Assembly (NCBI GenBank): GCA_040954595.2
Contig: CM082577.2
Span: 17,625,500-17,689,499 of the forward strand
Length of the DNA stretch: 64,000 nucleotides
Source of the DNA: Balanoglossus misakiensis
Lineage: Eukaryota; Animalia; Hemichordata
Direction of reading: 5' to 3'
The notes beneath the pieces are model-generated. The model saw only the letters and a program-made list of their open reading frames with translations, did not search any database and had not been told where the DNA came from. Below are positions 26,039 through 39,133 of this stretch, piece by piece; the stretch's first letter is position 1, and each line of letters opens with the position of its first letter. The position numbers and the translations under genes are program-made.

Positions 26039-28481
26039 GTGAATTGCGATCTGACTTTATCCTTTTCTATAGTTAATATATGTACGAAAACATCTTGATC
26101 GGGGGATTTGTACACATGGCATCAATTAATTGAAAATAAATGTAGTGAAATTGCAACAGCTGCTTATTACAGCCTTTTTTATTTCACAAAAGCATCGATC
26201 TGTTCGCGGAACAAAAAAACTGATCCAATCAAATCCTCCATATTTGGGAATTACTATCATTTAAATATACACGTGGACGTTAATTGAAACAACTGCAGTG
26301 TAATTTCAAAACACTGGTCCTCAAACTCTCCGATATGTTTCGGAATCAGAATGAAGTAAAACATTCGAACAAAGCGTCTGAATAATATCCATTTGTAAAG
26401 TAACTTTGATGTAATCATATTTTCTTTCATATTTGCGATCAATGAAACGGAAAGACGCGTGCAAAGCTCAGGTCTAACCCTCTTCCAATCAAACCTGGGA
26501 AAGAGAAATGAACATTTCAGACAATCGACTGTTTCTTTTCCTATACGGGACACTTTCGCCGGTAAACAGATTGACGCCCGAATATCTTGCCGCGTTCGAT
26601 TAATATTAGGCCTACATGCGACTTACAAAAAAAGGAACTGGCGTTATTGGCGTAAATAATAGTACAATTTCTATGTAAATACCACAGTTTCTACTTCTAT
26701 AGCGACATTGCCAATATCATTGAAATCCGGTATATGTATGATTATACACAACTCACGGGATATGCCCATGCTTGGAACGGTTAGAGCGTCAATGAATTCA
26801 ATTCACAATAATCTGAGTGCAATGTTGTTCATATTGATCAGATAATAACTCTGAAAATGCCATAGTCTCCTGTATGTATTGTGTTATTAGCTGTATGTTT
26901 TGAAAAGCGGTGAAAGGTAACAGCCAAGTTTGGCCTTTCTGTTGAAGCCTTCTACTTGCAGTTGTGAGAAGACTCTCCACTGTCTAAGGCTAATTAAACA
27001 TCAGAAAATCATGTAACAGGTAAACAAAGATAGTCTTTGCATGGAAAGGAGTTTTGACTCAGGAAATGTATGTTTGCTTGACCGAATGTCACTCAAAACA
27101 GAGCAACAAGTCCAGTGTTACAACAGCGCACACGTTCCAGAAGAGAAATCCCGTTTCTTTTTCAAACAGAAGGCTAACAATAACGCATTTATCATTGTTA
27201 TTTGCCAGTAAATTCAACCACTATACCTTTATGGAACAGTTATTAATAAAATACATGGACATTAATATGCTGCTAACGCATGGTGCAGGTAATAAAAGTT
27301 GGAGATGGAACACTCACTTCATTGTATATTTTGAGTGAAAGCCTTATGTCGGCACTCGACATTTTGGTGATGTGTAAAACATCAAAGACGGTGTGGAAAA
27401 AGTGATGCAACGATGACAGTTCATAAAAATCGTGATAGATTGCAGCAACTAGACGCCAGAGTGGGGCTTTAATCATCGTGTGCCTTTAATTACTGGCGTA
27501 AGGGAACACACCCTTGCACGACCAATGTATAGCATGAGGAGTTAGTTGATGCAAAAGTGCACTCATTTAGTTGTTCCTGCTCAAACATTATGGATATCGT
27601 TATAAGCAGATTTGTAAATTAATTATTTTTGTTTTACGGTAAATGGCATAAAGCTATAGTTATCTTGCGTTTATTTTATTATCTATTATTTACATATTCT
27701 CCATCTGTAACGACGCAGCGATGAAATGGTCGTCATGTTCATCATAAATCACCGATATGGGCTAATTGACAGCGAATTCCTGCCTTGTTACTAAGCAACG
27801 TACTAAGAATTTGTCTTGTGTCCGTTTCAGTAGCTGTGTTTCCTTGGTTACCGCATTGTCTTGTCGATTACCGGTTTATACATCTACGGTGTAATTTCAA
27901 CTTCATTTCGAGCAGCAGTGTTCCTAAAGGTGAATTTGTAGCCTCCAGGTACTCTCTGATAATGTCAGTCGTTGCTGTTAAACGCAAACCGTGATATCGT
28001 CAAACGGAGCAAATAAACCTTCAGATCATTCTCTTAACCGACAACTTTAGTGGCCGACGCTTCTTGAATACACAATTGTTAACTGAGTTGGGTGTCAGCC
28101 TTCCATAATTAATCGAATGATGGTTTGACATTGATCACGCTTAAGATCATGATGATCGATGATGATGGTAGTGGTGGTGGTGGGGACTGTCCTGTCATGC
28201 TGTTTATTTGCATTAATGGCGATGATGACGTGCACGGCAGTGGCGTACAACATTGTCAAACTGTGACGAAAACTGCTCATGAGTCACGGTACCACGTGAC
28301 CGTTACTAAGAGACATCTTTGCGATCAGCAAAAAGTTGTCAACTATCTCTTGGTTCAGGTCAGAGAGAATTTTCTGCATAGATAGCGCCGATTCATCGTG
28401 ATGTTTGCAGTTCGGGGTCAGAGCTGTTCGAAGTAAATTCAAACTGACGTTTCGTGATATTGTATACGAGAGACAACAGCG

Positions 28482-28844
28482 ATGAATCAGGCTAATGTCT
28501 GTACTACGTTGATATTATACACAATTCTTTCAGAACAAGTTGGTTCTAATCTAGTTTGCCAGGGAACTCACCAGTGGATTCCCGTGGACGCATCATACCT
28601 CGACGGGTTTTCTCACTATTTAGACAATCACGTTATTTCTCAGGTCTTCGCATCTAGTGTTCTGCAATGTGCTGAAATGTGCCAACTCAGCGTTGATTGT
28701 CAGTCGTTCAATTATTTGCGGCGCCACAGTCTTTGCCAGTTAAATAACGCCGAGAAAACTGTTGATGGAATCAGCGGTGATTACAAGACTGGAACACACT
28801 CAGTTTACGTTCAAAGAAACGCTTTGTCATTAGTCGCAGTTGAG
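28482..28844 (+). CDS. Secreted mosaic protein, exon 1: signal peptide + PAN/apple domain
   Basis: ATG, a hydrophobic leader, then YLDNHVI...SVLQCAEMCQLSVDCQSFNY...LCQLNN (PAN consensus C-x3-C...C.SFNY...CQLN). Donor GAG|gtaggt, phase 0. Confidence 0.85.
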
Positions 28845-29032
28845 GTAGGTTGTATTTGATAAATATATTTCATTGAATTTCATTTGAGATTTGCTTGAAG
28901 TTGCAGATCATTATCTCACAAAGGTCACAAGAAAATTACTTTCGCATACTGAAGTGTAAAATAATATTTCTAAAGTTTGAAGTGCGCAAGTAAAAGCAAA
29001 ACGCGAACATTGCAGCAAGAAAATAATCCGAA

Positions 29033-29095
29033 CCAACGCAACACAACCCAACACTACGCAACGCAACGCAACGCAATGCAACACAACACAACACA
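29033..29095. repeat. (CAACA/CAACG)n pentanucleotide repeat
   Basis: Directly visible degenerate pentamer array. Confidence 0.8.
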
Positions 29096-30039
29096 ATGTG
29101 TGTTGGAATTATTGGTTTCTTTTAGAAATTATTCTGGCACCAGGAAACGTCAGGGTCTTTTGTCAGGAGAGAAATTGGCGTCAAAGGACGGGAACTGACA
29201 CATTCTGTCATGCCTTGGTGACACGCACGTTACTGATCGTGCAAACTACTAACACCAAAGAAACAGATGTTATCTTTGTTAATTCGTACCAAAATGTTTG
29301 TTATGAAACATGGTTGACTCACCGCAACGACTCTTTAACCCATCATAGCAAATAGCAATTGCCCGTAAGTTACATTATATTCAACCATTCTTCGGACAGC
29401 CATTTCTTGTCATAATTGTGACCAAACAAGGGAATTGATAAAACACTGAATATGGCAAGATTCTCCGGAATGAACACTGATGCAACGTCTGCATGGTCTT
29501 TGCGCAACATTTTTGGACTGATACTTTTTAATCAAAACGCTGCTTCGTCGTCTATTTAAAATGATAAATAATGATAAACAAGAAAATGATAAATCCAACA
29601 ATTTTTCTTTCGATCAGGCCTTGCAAATTATAACAGGACTTTAGTGATAATAAGCAGTATTGATTCGGAGATGAAATATATGTGTTCGCATTAAGGAAGG
29701 AAACACTATCTGATTACTATCAAACACGGCAGTGTGACACAAAGCAATTACCGTGAGTTATTGGTTCATCGATGAACAGACCGATGGCTGTTTGTTTATA
29801 TTGTGTGCAAGTGTTCATGGAAAATATTAAAATTATAATTAAGCTTCGTGATAAACTATCAATCCCGTGTGCCTTGGCTAATCATTTTTTATCAGAATGA
29901 CCGACACGCTGAACATATCCTGAGCTGTCAATTGCAGCTGCGTGACAATTCAGCCGGCTATCTTGTTCTAAGTTGTTTCCAGTTTTGGTTGTGGAATCAT
30001 CGATAGGGCTGATTGATATCACAGTCTTCCAGGAAAGTC

Positions 30040-30330
30040 TTGCATTTTGAGTTGGAGTTAATAATTGGAACGTACAGATTAAGAGAGTAATGCACATCTG
30101 AAAGGAAATTATCCAGAGTCAATTTTAAAACAGATAATATGCCGCGGTAAAGAGAAGATGAAGCAACTGCACAGTCGAAAACTAACCAAGTCAAGATCAG
30201 GGCCTATTCTACCATTGATTATCTTCAGATTAGACCCGTATATAGATCGATCTTTTTCATTCGATCTTTCAATGGTAATTGCAAATATGTCCATGTTGTC
30301 AACACTACTATAGGTGGATTTAGTTGCAAG
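30040..30330 (-). pseudogene. Degenerate AP-endonuclease fragment of a non-LTR retrotransposon (intronic)
   Basis: Frameshifted peptides RSNEKDRSIYG..NLKIINGRIGPD / FDCAVASSSL..DNFLSDVHYSL resemble the C-terminal EN motifs of LINE endonucleases (L.I.NGR..D, DY..S, SDH). Confidence 0.6.
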
Positions 30331-33199
30331 ATTATATAGTTTGCTGCTCAGTTGTGATGAGATCACTATGACAACCTATATTTGAAATCAGCGACCAATA
30401 AAATAGGACAATCCGATTTGCTATGAAACATATTTAAGTTCTGTGTCATTAATTCTATCATATAAGATTTAATTGGGATGCTTTCATGGGGAAAATAGAC
30501 AGCGCCAGATATCATTGGAAAATATAGGGCATTGTCATCCATATGGATTTACCCCTTTTCATAAATAACGTTTGATATGGAGAAAGTGAAAATATGTCTT
30601 GTGTCAATATTGCGTACAAAACAAATTGATATGTAACACACCTGCGATATGATTGTTGCATGGCCGGTCATTGTCCAGAGGTGTCCAAGTATACGCTGAG
30701 ACATGCAAAGTTTCGCGAGACAGATTTTGAACTGTTACCTGGCCTGGCGGCAGTTTCGACAACTGTTATACCAGGGACGAAGGAACGTAAGAAGTGAAGA
30801 TGATTTCAACTGAAACCATGCACTAACACTGCATGAGGTGTGCTACAAAACATATTTGGCACAGTCGGTAGGCAAACGGTTTTGTGGGGACTAATTTTCA
30901 GTTAACATCCAACGCCAATCAATGTGTGCATGATGTGTTCAGTTCATCACACCAAGTTTAAGCAAGCAGTGTAATGCGTTCTTAAAGCATGCAGGGTATT
31001 AAACGCTTCACAAACCCAGACTCACACACATCCAATGAGACACTGACATGCACGCCTAACGACAAAGGCAAACTTTATCGGTTGGGTCCATTAACTCTGT
31101 TAGCTGACTTATCCGTGAAATACCATATTTAACGCATATTTCATACTTGAACTATTGCATCAGTCACTAGTATAATGTCATAGAACAGTGACATGGAATG
31201 ATATGTTTCTGCCAGCCAAAGAAGTGAGACATTATTGCTCGTAGGTTTGATTGTTATAAAGCTTATCTTTTGTATGCGTATGATATGATTGTATAAGTTC
31301 ATTCTGCAATTATTTTGGCCATGATTAGAACATGAACAATATGTGATACTTACAGGAATTTACATTGATTTGCCATTAATTGGTTTCAGAAACATGTTTG
31401 CCAAAGTGAGATAATACTACATGTTCTAAGCTCTTATATCTTTAGTTATCAGTTGGGCGACTCGTACTTCGGCGTCTATTACAATCCAGCCTGAGCTAAA
31501 TTGACAAAGCAACATTAGGCCTATTTATATAAAGAAGCGTTCTTTACGATTTATCATTTTCTGTTTGCCTTTGAGACAGCAGTGAATTATGTATAGCTTT
31601 GTCATTTTGTGTGTCAGGAGATGGCAATAAATCAGTGATGATGAAAGAGCATAAGGATGCAATGCCAAATTCACGATGGCATCGTAAAATTGTTACAAAT
31701 GTGGTTAAATTGTAAAAAGCGTCGCCATAATTTTTTATTGCCTGTTTTTATGACGCATTTTTTCGATATCGTATCCCGAAAACTGTTGATTTTCCTTAAG
31801 TGGACGACGTTCATCTTTGTTGCATTACTCTAGACCTTTCATCACACAAAATGCTATCGAATATACGCACTGGTGATAGCGACTCTATCTCTGTATTGAG
31901 TATGTGTGGTGACATTGTATGTTTTATCAATATCAAAGCAAGCGTGTCTGATATTTAGTCCACATTTATTTCATTATTATTAAGTATCACTTTATTATAA
32001 TGGCCCCCTGTTGTTGTAATATACCCGCATAATCTCATTAGACATGTCGTCATTAGAAGTAATAACTTTCGCATACTTTGTGGCATACTGAATTATAATA
32101 TTTCCCCCCAATAGATAGTTGATGTTTACGTCCCCAAAAGATACTGAAGTTTAACCCCCCTTCCTCTTAATGACCTTATGTTATACAATTGTCAAAGCGC
32201 AAGTTGAGACACAAGTCTCCAAAAGGCAAAATATGGGTCATGGGTTGATGGAATTCAATATTAATCCTCTAACGGCATTACTGACTCACAAAGAATGCCA
32301 CATCATAAACTCAATTCTTATTTTAGCTCTTGTGTTCACACATGAAGTTTGCGTTATACTGTTGTCAGATTTGAACCAGATTTTCAGGACAGGTATTGAT
32401 CAGATACGGTATGATTATATCAAACTTTTCTGACAAAGATTGTTTATAGAGAGCACCATGGCAGTATATAAATATGCAGATAATTACTGCACGAAATTTG
32501 GGAAACTTAACACTGATATCAATTCCACAAGTTAAGGTTATGATGTTGCTAACAATAGGTGCAGTGCGATTATTTGTTAATTTTAATATTTAATGAACTT
32601 TTCTAATTAATGATATATTTCTGGTACTACACCAAATGGATATGGACGAAAATACAGGTATTAAATCTCACAGACGTCTGTATTTTCTATGGAATACTTT
32701 CAGTGTCATGTTAATTGACTGATAATTTGTGAATTCTGCAATTAACAATAAATCAAGAATGAATGCACAAAATTGCCGATGAAACTTGCTGGAGATACTG
32801 TTCATACCTTGCTTGAACTGCAGTTAGTGACAGTTTGCAGCTTCCAGCGAATAAAGCGCTAATTTGAATGTATTTACTTAATTAATCCGTTATTTAATCG
32901 ATCAATGTACACTAGCACCACACCCATATTGGTTACTGCATGCATGGATGGTGTTAAACCGAATGCGAAAGCGTGAACTACTCAGGGTTATATTTTCATC
33001 GTATAAATGCATGTAGGAAAGCTTTTTATGGATTTGTATGGTATAATGATAGTAATGTGATAACTATTTTAGTCAACATTTATTTAGGAAAAAACATGCT
33101 AATCACGTGGTCTCTTATAAATAATTTTGTTAACATTAAGCTTATAAGTCAAGAGCTGTTTAAATACATTTGTTTAAAATCGTTAGAAATACTGTTTAA

Positions 33200-33434
33200 A
33201 GTGAAGGGGTCGTCGCGCAGCGTTTGTTTGTTTATAAACATTACAGTTCATCCACAAATCCCTGAAATTAAATAATTCTTAAAATGAACGAAGCAGCCAA
33301 CCGTAGCGTAGACTGGGCATGACAGCAACTGAAGATCCCAGTAGGTCGTGGTGACTGCAGTGAGGTTTGTGCTGGTATGGGAGGACATATTCTCATCAAG
33401 GGGGACACCCACACGACGCGACGACCCCTTCCCT
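33200..33434. mobile_element. Non-autonomous DNA transposon (Kolobok-like: TTAA TSD, AG...CT termini)
   Basis: TTAA|AGTGAAGGGGTCGTCGCG ... CGCGACGACCCCTTCCCT|TTAA; a second copy is at 19014-19102. Confidence 0.8.
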
Positions 33435-34740
33435 TTAAGCTACCATAACAATTCATGTTTAATTCGTATATTTGATTTAATTTAGTCCTTCCAGGAAAAT
33501 GTCGGCTTTTATTTTCGTGTGTATTTGCATTTTGGTGAGGTAAGAAAACATCACTGCAAAGGGACTGAGTTTCAATACAGCTGATTTGTGTCTGCGACTA
33601 TTGATAGTAATAGCGGTCTTTTACGAGACAGCCGTTCCAGTTGGGCTATAACTATGCAGGAGTATATTAGAATATTAATAATGGTCGAAATCGTATAACA
33701 GATAATATACTGTGATTTATTGAGGTATACGTGCTTCCATGGCCTACATAGCGACTCGTTATGGATAAACACCTGAGAACAGATTGGTCTTGGCGGAGAA
33801 TGATACAACACGTAGATGATTTAGAGACATTAAACGTCGAAGATTTCAATTTCCCTCACAGTTTTTAGTCTACTTCGAATTTAGTCCGCTTAATCTATGT
33901 AATGAATACAGATATCATTGCTGCAACTATTCCATATTGTGTAATTATGCACATCATGTATGTCGGTGACACGTAGACCAACGCCGCGCTCTATTGTCTT
34001 TCTTGAAACTTCCGGATTGAAACAGGGAGATCCAACAATCAGACGGCAATAAACCTGCCAAACATTAACCTCTCTCGGCAAGTATTGGATATAATTATTT
34101 GCCTTCTTAACCAAGATTTACAAAATTCAAAGCACCAATACGGTGGCCCCTTCATGTCAATGATAAAATATTATTTTGAAAGTTAAACTTTTATTTTTAT
34201 AGACAATATCTTTTCCCAAAAGTAAACTTAAATTTTGGTGAAGGCAACTATAATTTTGACGCACACAATTTCAATTATATCGTTCACCGAGTTGTTTATG
34301 CAATACATTTTTCGATCATTCTCTCAACAAACTTCCTCGGAGAACAATGGGTTGAGTAAGACTTGGGGCCTCGAGCAAGATACTTGAAGAGACTCAATAA
34401 AGGTTCTCTCCCAGTGGAAATACTTTACCAGAATGTCGTGTGCCAGTTGAGGGCGAATGTTCGTGCCTTTATGATAATTGTACAGTACATAAAGCAGTAA
34501 AACGCGATAATCCCTTTCATTTTATTTAAACAGTCTGGGTGATATATGTTCCTATTGCATAGTTTACCGTTATCAGTGAAATATTCAGTGCATGGTAATA
34601 TATGATAAGACAATATATTTCATGTATCTCGTTTCAAATCTAAAACATCGTTTCCATGGCACGATGCCAAATGCACTGAAAATATGAAAATGTTGTCATT
34701 TATCCTAAGAGAATTATTGACTATGAAATCATACAAAAAT

Positions 34741-35217
34741 ATTATGAGGTTATTACGAAAATACCGCAAAGTATGCACGAGGACATTAGCGCTGAGTATC
34801 GCCCGACGCGTAGCGGAGGGCGATGCGCTGCGCTAATATCCGAGTGCATACTTTGTGGTATTTTCGTAATAACCTTATTATTATACATCTTACATCTCCG
34901 TTAGTTCTTGTTTTGCATGTTACTTGGCTTTCAAAACGCCCAAAATGCCGATACAATCGATCGAAAACCGCTCAGTTGACTCAGTGAGCAGCCATCTTTC
35001 TTTTTTGTTTACGTGTGCGCACGTGCGTTGGAGTGGGGGTGTCTTGAAACCGTCCGCACAACAACGCATACCTGTACACGGTGAGTTGGGGCGCCTTGAA
35101 ACTCAAAACTTATTTAACGCGCGTTCCGTACGTACCTTCCGTACGTACCGTTCCGTTCCGTATGGCTTTTTATTGCACGCTAAATTCTAATGTTCTCTGC
35201 ACTAGATGTATAATAAT
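34741..35217. mobile_element. Hairpin element with GNA-triloop apex and asymmetric inverted repeat (putative non-autonomous, Crypton-like)
   Basis: Fold-back at 34747-34875 with apex CCC-GA-CGC-GTA-GCG-GA-GGG. ATTATTATACATCT (34877-34890) is inverted at 35204-35217. The family assignment is inference. Confidence 0.6.
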
Positions 35218-35280
35218 GTGTCGTAATGAGATGGTTTCTGGAAAAGATTCTAATCTATGTCTTGTGCACTGTTCATTTAA

Positions 35281-35448
35281 AGCTATACGATCAACTTTAA
35301 TATAAGTGGTCAAAATGGTGGCCAAGTGTACAAATGATGTTGTGGTGGCTCAATTTTTTTCGTGTGCGCCACCCACTAAAACGCAATTGGCTGTATTTGA
35401 ATTGTCCATGGTAACATTGGTTACATTCGTCTTGGTGACAGGATACCT
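35281..35448. mobile_element. TTAA-flanked Kolobok-like MITE (same family as 59254-59438)
   Basis: TTAA|AGCTATACGATCAAC...GGTGACAGGATACCT|TTAA. The core ttttcgtgtgcgccacccact..attggct..ccatggtaac is shared with 59254-59438. Confidence 0.75.
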
Positions 35449-35878
35449 TTAATAGCTGTAAGTTGGGGTAAACGCAAGTGGCGCTAAACGTTTAAATGTT
35501 CAGGCGAATAACTTAAGGAATAGCCTACTCGAAGATTCAAATATCTTGTAGATTCAGATTTACATATGAAAATCGTTTTACTGCCTCATTTAAAAAAAAC
35601 TACAAACCCCGGCAGCAGTGTGTTGGCGATCCTTTTGGTGTCAGCAGTTTCCAACACCATATAGTAGGCCTATAGGCCTACCCTTTATTTTCTTCTAATT
35701 GTCAGATTTATGCCCACAAAACGCGAACACTACTCTTTTGTTTCATCGAATGCAATGAACATTATGTCATGCCTATAGTATTAACGTGGCTAAATGTCGG
35801 TAGCCTTAAAGGGGAAATCCGCTGTAGCTGATTTCTACATAATTTGGTAGCTTTGATGTCTCTCTTTCAGAAAAAAAA

Positions 35879-36362
35879 CATATTCGCCATGTATAGGTCG
35901 CGCGATTTTTTACAAAATCTAGGGAAAGTTGGCAGAATTTCCAATATGGCGTTTACTGTAATTTGAATCATGGGAAAAAAAGCGCCAGGACCAACTTCCG
36001 CCCACCTTGGTGTGGGTGATACCATTTTCCGATTGGTGTCACTGTGTCACAAGCTAAGCGTATTTGCATATTTTTCTTGGGTTATAGCTCATGAAAACTG
36101 TCAATAGATGACAAATTTTCGACTTTGCTGATGATTGTTTATCAACTGATGCAAAGAACGAACAATAGCTATGAAAATACGCCTAGTCTGTCGCCCAGTG
36201 ACACCAATCGGAGAATGGTATCACCCACACCATGGTGGGCGGAAGTTGCTCCTGGCGCTTTTTTTCCCATGATTCAAATTACAGTAAACGCCATATTGGA
36301 AATTTTGCCAACTTTCCCTAGATTTTGTAAAAAAATCGCGCGACCTATACATGGCGAATATG
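35879..36362. mobile_element. Fold-back element/MITE with about 190-bp inverted arms
   Basis: 35879-~36068 (catattcgccatgtataggtcgcgcg...) is the near-perfect reverse complement of ~36172-36362, with a spacer of about 100 bp. Confidence 0.9.
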
Positions 36363-36667
36363 GAGAGTTCATGGACCATGATAACAGCAACATTATTCTT
36401 ACAAATATGCATACTACATTATACAAAAGAGTATGTACTTTCAACCTCAATAACCTTATGTGCTCATGTGCATTATAACATTTATTCCATAGCTTACATT
36501 TTGACATGACGTTGGGGAAATGCCTTGGTCAAGTCAAATCCATGGTCAAATAGTCTGAGACCGAAAACTAAAATGTACTTTCATACAACTGTGTTTTAGG
36601 CAAAGATTTCTTCTTCTCTTTTAAAGAATTATGCAGCTCACACTTTCTAACTTTTTTTCTTCTCTAG

Positions 36668-36803
36668 ACGTTGCCAAGGCACTGCGCAGCAGAGCCATGC
36701 CAAAACGGAGCAACATGTCACGAAGATTGTAGTGTCTATGGCTACATCTGTATATGTATCCATGGTTACACAGGATATAACTGCCAATACAATGCGTCTG
36801 CCG
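36668..36803 (+). CDS. Secreted mosaic protein, exon 2: EGF-like domain
   Basis: Polypyrimidine-ag|TLPRHCAAEPCQNGATCHEDCSVYGYICICIHGYTGYNCQYNASA|gtgggt. Phase 0 in, phase 1 out. Not in the ORF track. Confidence 0.9.
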
Positions 36804-37716
36804 GTGGGTTTTGGTATCATTACATGTCTGTTTTAGATAAGTAACCATGATAGCGTTTTGTGTCTTTCAAAGATGCAACATTAGTGATTGTTGCCGTCTT
36901 CCATCTGGCAAGTTCAACTTTTCGCTTTGCATTTTGCTCACAGAAGATCGTTGCGCACAGTGACAATATTAAACATGTTGCGTAGTAAATGAATAGCTTG
37001 GCTTGATGGATATCACTGTGTGGTGTAGATGAATGGACGGCCACGGTTGAATGATAATCTCTAGTTTATGCTGTTCATTTGTCGTTGCGACGGATGGAAT
37101 AGTGAAGTTGGGGTAATAATTGCACCATGTGTGAAGGGACAGGTTGATCGATGTATGAAGGATGCCGACGAAACTGAAAACAGAGGTAGGCTGAGACAGT
37201 CACTCTTGACTAGTCAGTCAAATCGATCACTGTCTGGAATGTTATCATTTGGATATTGACGTCAGTCAATTCAAGTATCACTACCCCTAAGGTTGTATAT
37301 ACATGTAATGTTAAAACTGGCATCATTTGATGTGTGGGTTATATTATAGGCGAGCTCTTCTCCACACCACCATTGATTCTACTGTACATGCAAACCGAAA
37401 TCACATGTAATACTCCCATTTAACAATCACGAATGCAGGGCTTTAATTGTGAATCAACAGTTCTGTTTTCATGTGGTTTGGGTTTTGTATGACTAAATCG
37501 ATCTCAAGGTGTAGATGAAGAAGCTGTAATTTAAATATACTATATATTACGTAAATATGGAAGACGAATAAAAAAATTGTTTGTTGTGCCGCTTTATAAT
37601 GATTTGCGTGAAAATATTTACCGAGATATTTTTATCGAAATTGTAACTATCAGAAATTCGTGTTGTTGTGAAGATTGAGTTTCCAAATGTTGACTATTTT
37701 GCTAAATTTGTATTTA

Positions 37717-38500
37717 GGCTGCATTCACAAACACCTCTGGAGGGGGGGGGGGGCGGGAGAATTCAATTTTTTTTACCGTTAATTTTCACATGCCCCCCTA
37801 CACAACCCGAAATATTTTCAAATCCCCCCCTTCCGAACTGCCAAAATTTTGAAATCCCCCCCCCCATTTTCTTTCACAGAGCAAAACACATCACCTATCT
37901 ATCTTGTAAAAAAGAAAAACAGCGCTCCCATGAAAAGAATTTAAAACTGATGTTTCCCCTCATCAGTGGGTATTAAAACTGAACATTGTTTTTATTTTTT
38001 AAGTGTTTGTATTCTGTGTTGGGAGACATTGTAAACCGAGAATTGAAGGGGGTGGGTACGTAAGAAAATTTTATAAAATACAGAGCTCAAAGCTGCATTT
38101 TAATGAACCCGGCAAAAGCAAATTAACTCAACTACCGGTATGTTGGGGAGGACAAATTTAACCGTCGGTGCTCAAAGTTATCATGGGGTGGGGACACTAG
38201 CCCTGCCCTGGGACACTAGATAAACTAGTCAATGTTTGAAAGGTGTTGATGGATGGAGGGGGTGGGTGTGGGAGGGGGTGTCCCCCTCCCACATTAGAAA
38301 ATTTTGTAAAATAAAGGGTGTGAAACTGCATTTTTGTGGACTCAAAATAAATATTTAGTCGTCAAAGTTTTCAAGTCCCCCCCTTTCAGTCCCTAAATTA
38401 TTTCAAATCCCCCCCCTTACATACCCTCAATTTTTTCAAATCCCCCCCCCCTCAATTCTCCTGCCCCCCCCCCCCTCCAGAGGTGTTTGTGAATGCAGCC
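37717..38500. mobile_element. PIF/Harbinger-like non-autonomous element (TTA TSD)
   Basis: TTA|GGCTGCATTCACAAACACCTCTGGAGGGGG...CCCCCTCCAGAGGTGTTTGTGAATGCAGCC|TTA. G/C-run-rich interior is shared with 47114-48208. Confidence 0.85.
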
Positions 38501-38887
38501 TTAATGCATTCAAACGTAGAGAGAGGTCGTAACTTGAACTGGAGACTGTTTTACTCTCATTTTGTCAAAACTATTTATGTTATGTCAAACAAGTAGTCGT
38601 TATGTATCTAAGGTCCCTTTTAACCTTTGTATCATGCTTTGCACTATAGGCCAGAGGCCGAAGTATAATATATATATATCTATATCATTATTATAATATT
38701 CCTATTTAGGCCATATGCATATCGATTATACAGAGAAGGCAATGCTATGACCACTGGAAATTTTGGGGAAACGCTAACTTTACAATTCAATTGAATAAAT
38801 TACAGCATCAACACTTCAACGGTGGTAGATGGCGATCATAATAATTGCAGCTACTATTTTCTTTCATTATTTTTTCTGTTTTTCTAG

Positions 38888-39133
38888 TAATGGGCGACAC
38901 CGGTCCATGCCCTCAAAGTGACTACACATGCATAGCCGGAAACTGCATCAACCAAAGTCACAGATGTGACTATTTCCAAGACTGTGACGGCGGTGATGAC
39001 GAATATGAATGTATCTGTGGTGTCGACGACTTCAAATGTGACAACGGCAAATGCATTCCGTCTCTTCGTCGTTGTGATGGCGTAAGAGATTGCTCCAAGA
39101 GTGAAGATGAGAAAAATTGTAACGACCTACTAG
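38888..39133 (+). CDS. Secreted mosaic protein, exon 3: two LDL-receptor class A repeats
   Basis: CPQSDYTCIAGNCINQSHRCDYFQDCDGGDDEYEC and CGVDDFKCDNGKCIPSLRRCDGVRDCSKSEDEKNC; ag/gt boundaries, phase 1-1. Confidence 0.92.

Noticed and set aside
35281-35448. Same TTAA MITE family lying next to both GA-mismatch hairpin elements
   Set aside because: It lies on opposite sides in the two cases, has its own TTAA duplications, and n=2; most likely coincidence in repeat-dense introns.
37065-37185. Cys-containing ORF with a donor (AGAG|gtaggc) between the EGF and LDLa exons
   Set aside because: The nearest acceptor gives phase 0 while the upstream exon ends in phase 1; weak polypyrimidine tract and no recognisable domain.
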